A stretch of DNA of 64,000 bases from positions 48,050,001-48,114,000 of the forward strand of contig CAIIXF020000001.1 of the NCBI GenBank assembly GCA_903813345.2, written 5' to 3'. Shown in pieces: positions 22,501 to 35,700 of this stretch. Within the stretch, counting starts at the first letter, position 1, and every line of letters begins with the position of its first letter. Source of the stretch: Owenia fusiformis. Taxonomy: Eukaryota. The position numbers and the translations under genes were made by a program. Below the pieces are notes generated by a model. The model saw nothing but the letters and a program-made list of their open reading frames with translations, did no database searches and was not told the origin of the DNA.

Positions 22501-24156
22501 AGCCAACTCTGTAATAATGTGATCCAGCTGGCCATCGTATTCAAATCATTCATATCCATTTTACATTCCAGATCGTAATGTAATAAAAAAAATGGTGAAC
22601 GACCCCATGTTTAAACTTGAGCATGGGGAAACTGACAAAGTTAAGCATAAAAAGTCCCTTCCAAACCTAGGAGAGCTAGCTTCCATACAAGACCAATACA
22701 GGGATGACTACATGCTCAATAAATTGGCAAGAAACAAATTCAGGGTGAGAAATCTTTTTGCATTATCATTCAATAGTTTTATGTACCATCTGTTTAGTAC
22801 ACAGGACACAATGATGAGCTCAAGTAATGTTAACATTTAAAATACTTTTATAACTTTAAAATATGTATAATTTATATCTCCATTTTCAATATATGAATTG
22901 TTTTTGACCCATCTTGTTACCTGTACAATAGTGTGTATATAGTACTGTATTTTCATGTTTCTTATATTACAGGGTGAAAAGAAGGCACTAGCAAGCAAGG
23001 AACTTGCAGATAAAGTTCTCCTGGCCAAGTCTTCCCTAGATATAACCCTGGTAGATGAGACACCAGAAGATAGAAAGCTGGCCAGCTTAATCAAGTATAG
23101 TACTGTTAAATGTGAGTATATGAAGCCAAGGTTGCACCACACATTTATCAATTTAAGTTTGAAAAAAAATTAGGGAAATGTCTGACTTCATTTAATTTTG
23201 AACTACCCATATGTACCAAGTATACTACCACAATGTGTATTGTGTACACATCAAAATATTCAGATTTCAAAGCCATATGTTCTGATAATTTGGCATGGGG
23301 CATAGTTACAAAAACAAACTACAGAATAAGTTGATTAACTTAACATAAAATGAAATATGGTAAGGGACAAAACTGAGTTGATAAAATATTGATAAGCATT
23401 ATACTGTAATGACAGTATGAAAAAAACATTTGATTTACTTCATGAATTCCAGATTCTAAAACCTGTTTGAAACCAGAAAAATTTTGTGACAGATTATCTC
23501 TTCACTCTGTGTCAGTTTCAAGGTCATTTCTTAGGTGACAAGAAATCACCTCACTGATAGTCAAGAGGTTAAATTGTTTTGATATGATTTCTATAATTTC
23601 ACTTCCAGCATTCGATGAAAAACAAGAGGAAAATCGGAAAATGATTGAGAAAAGACCAATATTTGGCTCCCCAATATCTCAGTCTTCAAATAGATCGACA
23701 CAGAAAATTTTAGACACAAAGTCACGTCTGTCAAAGACAGTTAACATAACCAAAGTAGATCCATTTAGTCCAAAAGCTACAAAGGACAAGCTGCAATCTC
23801 TGGTGCTAGTAAAACAAGCAAAGAAAAAAACAGTTAGTAATGACACTAACGTGGATGAAAATGAAATAACAAACATTAAAATTGATGAACCAAAAAATTC
23901 TTCAAATATTTGTGACTCTTCAACGATAGAATCTAATACTACAAAGACTGAAACTAGAGAAACAGAAAATAGGACAAAACATGAGACATCAAACAGTATG
24001 GAAGTTGAGTTTCCTGAAAATATGACAAGTTGCTCAGATATCACTGACAAAAATGTTGATCTACCCAAAGACAGTGTCAAAAGTGCAATAAGGCAAACTT
24101 CTGCGATGAACTCATTGATCTCATACAGCGATAGCAGTGATTCAAATTGTGATTAA
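16592..24156 (+). CDS. CCDC130: Splicing factor YJU2B / coiled-coil domain-containing protein 130 (~420 aa)
   Basis: Exons: ATG at 16592-16594 (end of inferred exon 16557-16594), 19589-19728 (GERKGQNKYYPPDFDPAKH..HPLRERARKL..GILIIR), 21125-21299 (FEMPYNIWCGGC..GVRYNAEK..KCHLC..TDP), 22140-22224, 22572-22744 (DPMFKLEHG), 22973-23111, 23609-24156. Phases are consistent. The ATG exon is the least certain part. Confidence 0.93.
16740..17278. mobile_element. Non-autonomous DNA transposon, CCCGGGGGG termini, 8-bp TSD, internal ~29-bp tandem repeats
   Basis: TIR CCCGGGGGGTTCACT[G/A]TATATAAA..; TSD gcctagag at 16732-16739 and 17279-17286; internal units like ggaccaatgccataccaaatgtccaaatat. Confidence 0.9.
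17284..17674. mobile_element. Foldback MITE (~120-bp TIRs, TA-flanked), copy 1
   Basis: GAGTCCATTTCACTGCTTCATTTCGTCAGTAGAACGG.. versus ..CCGTTCTACTGACGAAATGAAGCAGTGAAATGGACTC; related copy at 31292-31681. Confidence 0.9.
19108..19278. mobile_element. Pogo/Tigger-like MITE, TA TSD
   Basis: ta|CAGTAAAACC..GGTTTTACTG|ta with internal GAACACC motifs; same termini as 48536-50221. Confidence 0.8.
19755..19960. mobile_element. MITE, CAGGCCCGTAGCCAGG TIRs, 5-bp TSD (hAT5-like)
   Basis: 16-bp perfect TIRs; TSD tgcag at 19750-19754 and 19961-19965. Truncated relatives at ~14369-14470 and ~24758-24790. Confidence 0.85.
19995..20500. repeat. Dispersed repeat with internal ~140-bp subrepeats; inverted relative at ~63730-64000
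   Basis: gtttccagccaaac..ggattcatctg.aattttcagg.atgtt..gcattctgggtaaatgttaaggc recurs locally and as reverse complement at the window end. Confidence 0.7.
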
Positions 24157-25589
24157 CCAGATGTATTTGAAGTCAATGTACAATATATTTATTCAAGAGA
24201 ATCAGACTCAATCTGCTTGTTCTAGTTTTGAATTACACTATGATCATTTCCTTTACTCCAGCGGTTCTATATATTTTGGAGGAAAATGCGTAAAAGCTCA
24301 AATACATAACTTATTCACATACTTAAATGCTTAAGGTGTCTGGGTTAACCTAAATGATCAAGCTAAAGGTGATCAGAGCTAGCAAAGAACAGAAATTCTA
24401 TCTGTCAAAAGCTTTTGAGCTCATTCCCTTGTGATGGCTTATTTGCAAAGGTTATTCATGAAAAATGAGATTAAAACATTTACGTCCCAATAAAAATCAA
24501 TTTGGATGAGATATGGATATTATTTGACACATTATATTTGTGATAGTAAATGATATACATTAGCATTAGCTTGTATCAGGAAGTCATAGGTGATGCTTGC
24601 ATCCGCCATAGTCGTACACACTGATTGATTCTAGCTTTAATTCTCGACTTTACCTTGATAAATAAAGATATGGCAAGTAAGTATGTGATAACATATGTCT
24701 GTTTGCTTGTCTGATAGGATTATATACTTTGAACTTAAATACTGAGTCTTGAAATATCATGCCCGTAGCCAGCTTTCTGTAAGGGGGCTTAAACCCTCAC
24801 CCCCAGCTTTTTCCCTTACAGATCCACCAGTGAAGGGTAAACTATGTTTAACAAAGCACAAATAAAAGGGTGACCCTGAAATAGGGGAAGGTGCACAAAA
24901 ATGTCTGCGCTTGTGTGGAGAAAAAATTGGGCTCAAATTTTGAAAAAATATACCCAAATTACAAAAACTGTGCCCAGTAATGCCAGTTTTTTTTATCTAA
25001 GTTGTCCAGTTCATGTGGGGAAGAGCAGGTTTTCTTTCAAGAAAGTAAAAAAAAGGTAGGTCCACATTTTTTTAGGCGATATCAGGAGCTGAGGCTTGCC
25101 ATCTACAGGGTGGTCCAAAAAGATGTATACACAACTGTACATTTTTGAGTAGGATTTTCCTGTTGAAAGAAAATCAATTTTTTCATGGACATGTTTTAGA
25201 GACATGTTTGTTTTGTGCGGTGTAAGTTTTTTTCTAAAGCAGCAGCCATCTTGAAAAACTTTTTTGCGTATAAGTATTGACCAATATACATATTTCTACC
25301 AAATATGAAGCAAATCAATCTTCTAGCAATCGAGTTACTGGACGGATGGATGGAGGGCTTCACTATATCCCTACTTAACTTCTTCGTTGGGATGATTATT
25401 GATGCGTTCAAGAAAAACATTCTGACGGAGATGAGAATTCCCTGTGACACATTAGACAGGGTCATTACCAATTCAATGAAAAAAAAAAAAAATATTCCTG
25501 TATCATGTGTGTGTGCGAATAGTTGAGTAGAATAGTGACTTTTAAGTCAGTTCAAAACTAGAAATCATTCACTGAATTTCCCAGGTATT

Positions 25590-25960
25590 AACATTTGCTC
25601 CAATTTTCAGTACTGGCAGCTGGCCAATGAGTATTTTGTTCAAAATTGCATTTAGTTTTGAACAAAATATTCAGCAGCCAGGTGTTGAAGATCGGAACAA
25701 ATGTGACCATGGCATTAGTTGGTTACAATTTGCAATCGATGGATCAGATGGGAGGGGTACAACATTGATGTTATTAATTACATAGTGTTACATTATGAGG
25801 TATCAACTCATTTATTTTTTGGCTAATGCCCAAGTCAAATATGCCCCGATTCATCAGCCAGTGTCTGGCTGATTGAGTAGTTTGTTAAAAAGTGAAGTTT
25901 TGAATAAAATAATCAGCCAGGTACGAGCCAACGAATCGGACCAAATGTGACACAGGCATC
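25590..25960. mobile_element. Two adjacent degenerate ~130-bp hairpin elements of one family
   Basis: ~25590-25715 and ~25826-25960 are each imperfect palindromes and share the ending ..cagccagg..atcgga.caaatgtgac..ggcat. Confidence 0.55.
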
Positions 25961-26433
25961 AGTGTCCATCAAGATTTTCAGTCTTTAAAAATCTCATTGG
26001 TCAGTGGATCTCATCCTTCTTCAAAGACTTCATTTATGCTTAAATTCAGCCCTTCAGTTAAAGTCAGTTACTTTCATTTTCAAAAATAGGCCATTTTCTA
26101 TTGGTAAAACACAAATCTGTGTTGACCAATTACATGTCTCATTTCCTGGAACTTATGAATAATCTTACCATTTGTATCCCTCCAAACCACCTTATTTCTG
26201 CAGTATTCTTTTTCGTGAAACAGTTAAATATTCCAATTTTGGACATACTTAAGAATATTCTATGGATGATGTTTTATTCAGCTAATATTTGTATAAATGC
26301 TATGATTTTTTGATACAGATTACAAACTTTTAAGTCATAAAATCTGTAAGGGCATACTGCTATAGTATAATAAATACAGCTTTGTGGACCATTCAACAGT
26401 CAACAGGATTTTAATTATCCTTGTCCACTGTGT

Positions 26434-26969
26434 CACTGGTGATCCACTAGTTTACGCTGGTTACCAAAACGGTTCGTTTTGTTAACAAAATGTCGGAACA
26501 TCCGGAAGGTACGATTTTTTCGTTTCCTTATTTTACACGTTGTAGGCAGAATTCCCACGACATTTTTTAACACAAACGTGTATCAGTATCATATGTTTAA
26601 GAAAGTGTATATATTTGCGAACAAATAGTTCAGAAGACAACAGAATCGTTGATTTAATTCCTCACTTAAGTTACATAAACGGTTTGGGTTAAAAGTGCAG
26701 ATCGTAACTGTTTTTCGAAAAACCGTTTATGTAACTTAAGTGAGGAAGTAAATCGACGATTCTGTTGTCCTCTGGGCTATTTTTTCGCAAACATGTACAT
26801 TTTCTAAAACATATGATACTGATGCACGTTGTGAGAAAAAACGTTGTGGTGATTCTGCCTACAATGCGTGAAATAAGGAAAAAAGAAAAATCGTGCCTTC
26901 GACGTTCCGACATTTTGTTACCAAAACAGTTCGTTTTGGTAACCAGCGTAATCGAGTGGATCACCAGGG
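26434..26969. mobile_element. Foldback element (~250-bp arms), probable 5-bp TSD
   Basis: CACTGGTGATCCACT..TACGCTGGTTACCAAAACG.. mirrored by ..CGTTTTGGTAACCAGCGTA..AGTGGATCACCAGGG; flanks tgtgt / tgcgt. Confidence 0.85.
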
Positions 26970-27774
26970 TGCGTGTACAGTTCTCCAAGCTTAGGGTATG
27001 TGGTGTAGGCGAATATTGTTTAATGTCAAGTTTTTGCTCAAGCCCAAAAATTGAATAGAGAGAAACTTGTAAAATACTCTTGCAGCAAGGATGAGTGATC
27101 TCTGTAATCGATTGGATTTTCAAAAACTGTACAGTGGCCAGATATAAAGTGAACTCAAACTCTCATGGTCTAGAACATAGCTAATATAAAAGGCCATTAT
27201 TTCTCACGAGGCCTCCCTATTAAGTTACTGTAATAAATTTTTTTTGGTTTCATTGCCTAGGATACAAAGGACCAAAAAATTAATTTTGAAATTTTCTCCC
27301 AAAATTATCTGTCAATGACTCAACACTATTTAGTCTAAATATTCAGAGATCAATACTCAACTCCACCATACTATTTGTTCACAAGAATTCAACATAAGAC
27401 AAAATTGTATTGTTTTAATCATATTTTCACACTGTCGGGTGTACACAATCCTACTTTACAATCAAACATTGTATAATGTTATAAACATTCAAAATCTGTT
27501 TGAGAACAGCAACCATAAATTACAGTCTATTTAAACAAAACTAGTGGATGATGATCCGTCTAAAATGTCCATGATTGATAATTATTGATACCGATGCATG
27601 ATTGGAAATTGCCTACCATTTTTATGCTAAATAACTTACAGTCTCTAGCTTGTTTTAATATAACATATACATATATAACAATGGTAGAATCTCCAAATAG
27701 TCCAGACATGCCAAAAGCTTTCAATTGAACTATTTAGATTTCCCACACATTCAATTTCCTAATGTTCACAGTTA

Positions 27775-29443
27775 TCACTGCCCAGCACGGAAGCTAATGT
27801 AGATTTCCTTGAACTTGTCAAATCCAGACAGTACACCAGCTCCAGCTACACCTCTCAGAATATTGGCGCCTGGAACAAGGAAACATTATATTATTAGAGA
27901 ACTTATGAAGGGAGCAAACAATGTAACTGGGAGTTCCCATACAATGGGCCTGTTTGGTCGCTAGGCACAATTTGGTTATCTTAAATGATATTCATAGCCA
28001 CCTTTGATATTGGACTTATTTTTCAGAACACATTTCATTAGTTAAGGTACTTTCTCAAGTTACTATAAAGTTGTATAGAGACTACTGAAGAAGCAATGTA
28101 CACTAACCTGCACCCTTCATTAGGGACATGAATCCTTCAGCCTTGACAATCTTGAGAAAGCAATCGATGGATCCATTGTATTTAACAGCCTGTCCTGATG
28201 TCATCATCATACGACGTCTAATGGTGTCAATGGGGTAGGATACAAGTCCAGCACTGATAGTTACGACTGAAAACAAAATTATCAAACACCATTACGTTAC
28301 ACTGCTTTTCACGAATAATCAAAATTACCTCAAAAATGCTCTTGCAAATGTGATAAAGAATATGAACTTTCCATCTGATTTTAGTTTCATAACTTACCGT
28401 ATCCTAGAACAAATGATGCAAGCAGACCAGCATCTTCTCCAAGAGCAATAGGTTTGATTGTGTCGTAGAATCCGAAGTAGCAACCTCTGTATACAACAAT
28501 TCCTACGCAAGAGATGACGAAACCACGATAGAGACCACCAATACCATCAGATTTCAAGGTCTTACGGTAGACATCAATAAGACCATTGAATTCTCTAGTA
28601 GCTCCTTTGGTTCCAGATTTAGCATCATTGGCTAACCTGGTTCTTGCATAGTCCAAGGAATACACAAAGCAAAGGGACATAGCCCCAGCAGCTCCTCCTG
28701 ATGCTACATTCTTGCTGAACTTCACGGCATATCCATCGGTTTTTTTGAAAGCAAATGCCTTTTTGATCTGATCTTTAAATGCAAAGTTCAGAGCTTGTGT
28801 GGGGAAATATCTGATGCAGTTTGCCAAGTTACCTCTCCAGAAGGGAAGAAGACCTGAAAGCACAAAAAGGAAAAGGTGTATAATGTAAGTGTCATATTTG
28901 AAATCTACAATCAAAATTACAAAATTTTATTCAAAATTCATAAAATGTGGTTTTAAATTGGTTATCAACTTTGAATATTTTAATTTTCAATTTGAATTGT
29001 GTACTAGAATATAGGTATCACACTCAAACAGGTTATATGAAAATTGATTTTCTTTGGATTTATGATCAAAATTTAATTAGTCACCTACTGGTGAAACTGG
29101 TAACTATCCACAAGAAACTAGGTTACTGAATACAGGAACCTGAATTTGTGCTTCAAAATCCTGATGTGAACCTTACCTAACCTGGTGGGATTGATGCCGC
29201 TAAGAAAGCTAAGTCTGAAAGCTATCAATACTTACCCTCAGTTCTAAATGTTCTAGTTGTGCAATCAATGACACCCTTGTATGGCTCAGAAAGACGACCC
29301 TGTTTGATCATCTCATCCTGATTCTGGACGAGAAGTTTCACACGCTCGATGGGGGCAGCGGCAGTCTTTGAGATGACAGCTGCAGCACCACTGAGAGCAA
29401 AGTTCTCAGCAAAACTCAACTTAACCTTCTTTTTGTCACCCAT
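27775..29443 (-). CDS. Mitochondrial ADP/ATP carrier (adenine nucleotide translocator, SLC25 family), 305 aa, fungal/plant-type sequence
   Basis: Exons 29236-29443, 28398-28853, 28108-28266, 27775-27869 (918 nt including TGA). Motifs [36 protein letters not shown] and the AAC signature RRRMMM. Confidence 0.97.
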
Positions 29444-31291
29444 CTGAAAATAGTTATTGAAATTGGTAAGGAGAAAGTCAGATGAACAACTGATTTAGAT
29501 ATGTTAAGACTGCAAATAACACAATACATACTTTTATGTACTTCTGAATGCCTGTCAATCCAAATTCAATGTTTTACTCAACTACACAAACGATGATTTC
29601 AAAATCTTGAATATAATTTTGCAACCTTGATCTATTAATTTCGCAATCTTTATTTCACATGACTGCACTGAGTAATGCACATAAAATTTTACATATGAGA
29701 CAACAAGTTTTATCTCTCTTTAAAGACTCTTTAAAGAAAAATTATATTCTTTCTGTTTGAATAAAGATTATATACTTGTTTGACCTCTCAGGGGTTGCTA
29801 AATATTTTTACTTTCAACCAGTACAAATGAATATCCTTAATTAGGAGCCTTCTCAGTTCATAACACATGAGGGCATTTATGACCACTAAATTTAAACCAT
29901 TATCTATAAATACCTCCAACAACCTTTGAATAACCTTGACAACATGAGTAAAGATTTATATTTCCTATATACAAGAACATTTTATTTTTTTTAATATTTA
30001 CTTGACATTTTCTTTTTTTTGCTGCACCAAAAAGCTTCTTACAACCAGGTTCATTGAATGAACTTGTTATAAGTCAATGATCAACCAGAAGTAGAGCAAA
30101 GTCTAAATATAACTACTAACTACGCTAGCTGAAATATTTCTCAACCTCTAGATAACTCCACTGACGTAAAGTGGTTAAGATGATACCAAATGCCCTTACC
30201 ATTCAGCTAAGTTGCATGTAGAATTTATATATAAACGCCATGATATTATAACATATAGCGTCTCAAATGTAACAGGATCAGAGGTTTAGCTTACAATAGA
30301 TATATTGATCCACTTATAACCTATATTGATTTTCAAAATGAGGTCTAAAGTTCAACTTTCATGTAAATCAACGACATGTATTGTGATTAGGAGCAATGAA
30401 TATATTAGAGAATACCCCAGTGGCCTTTTATCTTCATTTTTAATTCTGAACTTGTTGAAGAAGCTATCACATTATTGACAGGATGTGTATATTTCATAAT
30501 CTGTTTCGAATCCGTTCAACTGTATGTCCAAACCTCTAAAAACAGTATGGCTATTTCTTAAGTAAATTACTATGATTATGCCTCTGAATTAAATGGATGT
30601 GTGACCTTGTACATGTATAAGCAATCCTTAATTATCAATGATAACTGATAAGTCTTTACGAAATATGTACCTATAAATAGTAAACCATTCAGCATATTAT
30701 GAGATCAAAGTCTGCCAATGTTCAGAAATTTGAGATTCAAGAAGTAGTATTATTTAAAGCAAAGCTGATTTAAAAATACAGAAAAGTATAACATACCTTA
30801 TATTCCGTTCTGATAGACTTACATGTATTTTTAATGTATTATTCTTTCTATTCTATCATGGTTCAAAATATTGAAACTGCATGGTTTATAATGTGCACCA
30901 TTCAAATCTAGCACTTACTTCACACCTAGTGACCCACTCCTTATCGCATCTATTGTAACATTCATTTTCTAAATTCTTCCTGAGTTCCTACATCAAAATA
31001 GGTTTTGGCAATTTCTAACTGCAATTAATTCAGCTAATTTTGCACATGACAACTTATACTCCCCAGAAAAAATATGAGAATAAAAATTACTTAACATGAT
31101 TAAACTAGTCTGTTGACAGATGACACTTCTTAGTGTTTGGAAATTTCCAAAGCCGCAGCTTCGCTTAGCAGATTTTTTAGGATAACGCTGCTCTACCTAA
31201 CTTAATCATTGAAAACATGTAAATGACTCTTGTGTCACTACCAATAACCAATTTGTAACAGTATGAAACTCACACAGGTTAAAGCAAACTA

Positions 31292-31681
31292 CAGCCTATT
31301 TAACTGTTTTATTTCGTCAGTAGAACCCCAAATATAAGAAATTTGGAGACCATTGTGCAATAATATATGGAAAGTATATTCATTGTACATGAATGACATT
31401 TGTATATTTCAGATTATTTAGTTTTTTGTGCAATAAGCCTACGCCCTCTTGTAATTTAAAGAATTTCAGCCATGTTAATCTTTTTGAAAAATACTATGGC
31501 AGAGAAGCATCAAAATATAAGAGCCCACATACTTTATTAGGCAAACTAGAACCAAGCCAAGATATACAAATATCATTTATGTACAATCGGAATATACTTT
31601 TCCATATATTATTGCACACTGATCTTTCGATTTATTGGTTTTTTAGGTTTTACTGAGGAAATTAAACAATGAAATGGGCTG
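31292..31681. mobile_element. Foldback MITE, copy 2 of the 17284-17674 family, in carrier intron 1
   Basis: Colinear similarity over its whole length to 17284-17674; termini CAGCC..GGCTG. Confidence 0.85.
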
Positions 31682-32667
31682 TTACTGCCCCGTCATGTGT
31701 TCCAGTTTGATCATCCAACTCCTCATTTTATAAAATGTAGAGCCAATGGTAAGAAATGTTTTGATCAGCCCTTGTAGACGTGCACAAAAGTGAATGGACT
31801 TCAACTTGAACTTCCCTTCTGATTTAGAGAGATGATATCAAAAAATGAACACCTCTAAAATTTGAAATCATTGAAACTTTTTTGACCTTTGAAAAACGTA
31901 TAAAATGAAATAGGTGGAGATACCCAATCAGCTTTTGAAAAATGACAGGGTAACTTGTTGACCATCTCTTCATTACTTGTTCTGGACAAGCAATAATATT
32001 GAAGCTTTTATGATATTTCAAAAGGCGATAATTCTTGGGACTAGGCCTACAGTACACATGTGAACACCTCTGTAGTTTGCGATAGCTGTCACTAACTTAG
32101 GGAGAATGTATTGAGAAGAGAGCAGATTCTTACTACCTATGATATGAGCTGGATGTCTGGACTATGAGACTTCTGGGAATATAATAGATTTTAGGTATTT
32201 GTCATTGAACACAATAAAATCAGCAATCTAACAGTTGTCCTTGAACTAAACTAGAACTTGTACTAAAAACATCATGCTCAATGTCAAACTGACGTCGACG
32301 TCCACCATTTTATTGTACCTATCTCTCAAGTGGAGTGAATGGGGAGTACAACCGACCTAATTAAATATGCAGCAGGTACACTCCAATGCTGCCAAATAGT
32401 ATCATAACATATTGCTGTGTTGATACTTATACAAACATCGTCAATTAATCGTTCCATTGATCTACTTCCGAAATTGGTCGCCATTTTGAGAACTTCAGAA
32501 TGAAGCGGCGTGTTTCATGAAACACTTCGTTCTGTTGCAAAAATAAAGAATAACATATCATGTATTTAAGTGAACATTCAGGCTAGATATCCATACTTCA
32601 TTTGATATATATTAATTTTATAAAGGTCTACTGATTTAATCAGAAAATAAGGAGAAATAATACTCAC

Positions 32668-32743
32668 TTTTTCAAAGTACAGCCGGTTTCTGAAGCCTAG
32701 ACGTAAAGGAGTGAATCAGGTCTTTACTTTTAGAACTCTTATA
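32668..32743 (-). promoter_or_regulatory. Probable core promoter and non-coding first exon of the ADP/ATP carrier
   Basis: TATAAG at 32743-32738, pyrimidine start CTCCTTT ~32 nt downstream (32711), donor AAA|GTGAGT at 32668/32667. The coding exon begins with ATG directly after the acceptor at 29444, so an upstream exon is required. Confidence 0.6.
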
Positions 32744-35700
32744 TTTTTGTGCTTTACTTGACAGATCTATTGATGGGTAGGATGGGGATCTAAAATTTGA
32801 TATTTCATTTTCATATACCAACCGATGTACAAAATAAACTTTTAGAATATTCTTTCTATTTTAATCTATTTGAACTTGAAAATAAAATAGCAAATATATA
32901 TCTATTTATTGACTATATAGACCTGACTAAAAAAGTTCAAATGGCTGTTTACACTGTCAAAGGTACTCCCCATAAAAGTAGATTACGATTAGCATTTTGC
33001 TGTTGTTTAAACATCTGAATTGCAAAAAATCAAAATTATTAATTCAATTCAAATATTTTTATTAATTTATAAATATTTTCATGATATATTATTTCATACT
33101 GACATGTCTTCACATGCTATTAATTTTGTTAAATTAAGAAATGGTTGATTAATGGAAGCAAATACTGCACTGAACTGAACGAAATGATAGAGTAAATCTT
33201 ATTACCCCGGGTTCTAAAACAAGACCAGAATCCACAAATAATATTTTGATACAATAAGTTTCAGTTTTAAGATGACAGAAAAGACTACCATTCTTCTTGG
33301 GTAGCTGTTTTGATCTGCCTTTTAGTGAAAGTGGAACAGTGCCTTATTGTTTTGCAAAAACATTTTGCTATAGATCAACTGGCAAGAGTAGGGGTATATG
33401 CTCAAAAAACAGAGCATAAATTGTGGGTTATTGCGACTCATATTTTTTAAGAATAAGATCAATAGGGAGTGACAAAATTGCAAGCAACATGTACAGTTGA
33501 TCTACCGATTGAATATATTCCTTACAATTACAATCTCAACTATAATATCTCCCCGAAAGATCCACAATATGTTATAAATTGGTGAAGTTTTTAAGGATTC
33601 AAAGTGCCAAAATGGTGAAAAAATAAAAATGGTAACCATAAAAATGAATGAATTATCGTGTAAAATCTTTAGTTTTCCTCAAATACAGTGAATAATTTTT
33701 TTTAAGAAAATAGACATGACAAGGAATGATATGAGCCCAAAAGATTCTAAAATTGAAACAATTTTTGTTAAGAGTTGTCATCAGTATCTTGCTAGATCTG
33801 AATCTGCCTTTATTCATTCATGTATAATTTATTTTTTTATTCAATTGTTGTTCTAATTTTGGCATGGTAAAATTGCGACCCTCTAGATATGACTTCAATT
33901 TTGACTTACAAAAAATGTTTCCCATCAATTTGAACCTCAGTACTGAGAGACAGGTGGGGGCAACAAAATTGGTGGCACTATGCATCTTTGACTTCCAAGG
34001 TGTTATAACACAACTTGGATGCAAATGCTTATGTTTCTGTCCTGTTAATGTGTGTTGTGTCACTATGACAATTATATAATAAATATAAACAAACATAGAC
34101 AATTAACATGAACATATAGCATTTATTCAGATAGCAACATTTGCATCAAAAATATACTAGTATATATAAATACATGCACATTGTTTGAACAATTTAAAAC
34201 AAAAAATGACATACTAATTATACTACATGTACAGTGAACATAGGTAGCCCTCCAAGGCTAAGAAAATATAGATATAATATTTTGTGAATAAAGTTACTAT
34301 AGTTAGGAATTAACTATAGGAAAAAATGGCAAAAGATGTTTTAACCACCTAATTACAATACATTATTGATATAGAGTCAAAAATGGAGTCATAAAGTATT
34401 TTGAAATTTTATGTTTTCTTGAGTATAACTACTGTTTTACAGATTATCACAATCCTACTTGATTTCTATAGGAATACATTTTACTTTTAAAAGTAAATGA
34501 CACTGACATTCAAGTATGAGATATGCTAATAATAGAATAGTTTGCAGTAGAGTTGTCAAAGAACAAGACAAGATTACTGTCCAGTCCATCCTATTTTTGA
34601 AAAATGGATTTTCAGATCAGCCTCATCATGTTGCAGCATGGGATATATAGAACCCCAATGTTTGTCAGAATAGCATGCAACTTCAACCGGGTCAAAACAA
34701 AACAATTTAAATGATAATTTATATAACACCTCTGGCGCCTAAAGAATATTTGGCCTTTTGGCCTTATATTTAAAAAAAGGTCTATTTTGTCAGAAAAGAG
34801 TACTATTTTTGAGAAATGAACCTTCATTTTAATGGCCCAGGATCCCTTGTCGATTTCCAGGTCCACTCCAAATATGTTCCCACAGGAAAAGATATAACAA
34901 CTAAATTAATAGTAGAACTGTGCAGATTATATACATAATATTTGCTCAAATAAATACTTTGGCAATATTTATATCTAGATCTATTCTTTAAGATATTATG
35001 CTACAAGTTGATTACACTATCTATAACCTACTCAAAATCACTGAGTCACTGTTTCCAATATAGAAACTCAAAATACATGTACATGTATATACACAAAGCA
35101 CTGAAAATGGTGCCTTTATTTCTTTCAAAGTATTCAACACCAAGTGATGATTGTACTGTACTAGATACAAACACATACATTCATAAAACATTTATACTGT
35201 CTTATTTGCATTTGAATTTCTGCATATCATTATAGCCTATATAATGTACTTATCAAATGCCATTGAGAGCATTCAGTAGAGCCATAGCATTTACCATTAC
35301 AAAAATGATCAAAACATTTTGTAATGTATACCAAATCAAATGCTTAGTCTTAAACTAACACAGTGAACTGGGGAAAGTACAACAAATAAATAAAATGTAT
35401 AATAAATAGATATTGTACAAAAATTCAAGTTTTTGGCATTACCATAAATGTATTCTTTTAAATTAGTTTCAAAATGCAATATTCAATTTTGAGCATATAA
35501 TTACTGGCCAAATACACACGCAGAGTCACGCACACACACACACACTTATACAAAATGGAATGAATTAAAAAATCCTGGTAAAAGCACCAGTCAGATTTTA
35601 TCTTAAACAATTTAATTGCTTTGGTTTTGCATTTCATTTTTGATATGTGAACTGACATGTACATAAGCAGAAGAATCATTTTGTTCAATGAACTGGTTTA

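Noticed and set aside
23679..24080. 133-aa hydrophobic minus-strand ORF
   Set aside because: Antisense to the low-complexity last exon of CCDC130.
26689..27123. 144-aa and 97-aa ORFs
   Set aside because: Fall within the non-coding foldback element; no protein motifs.
30500..30520. GTTTCGAATCC resembling a tRNA T-loop/B-box
   Set aside because: No cloverleaf or A-box around it.
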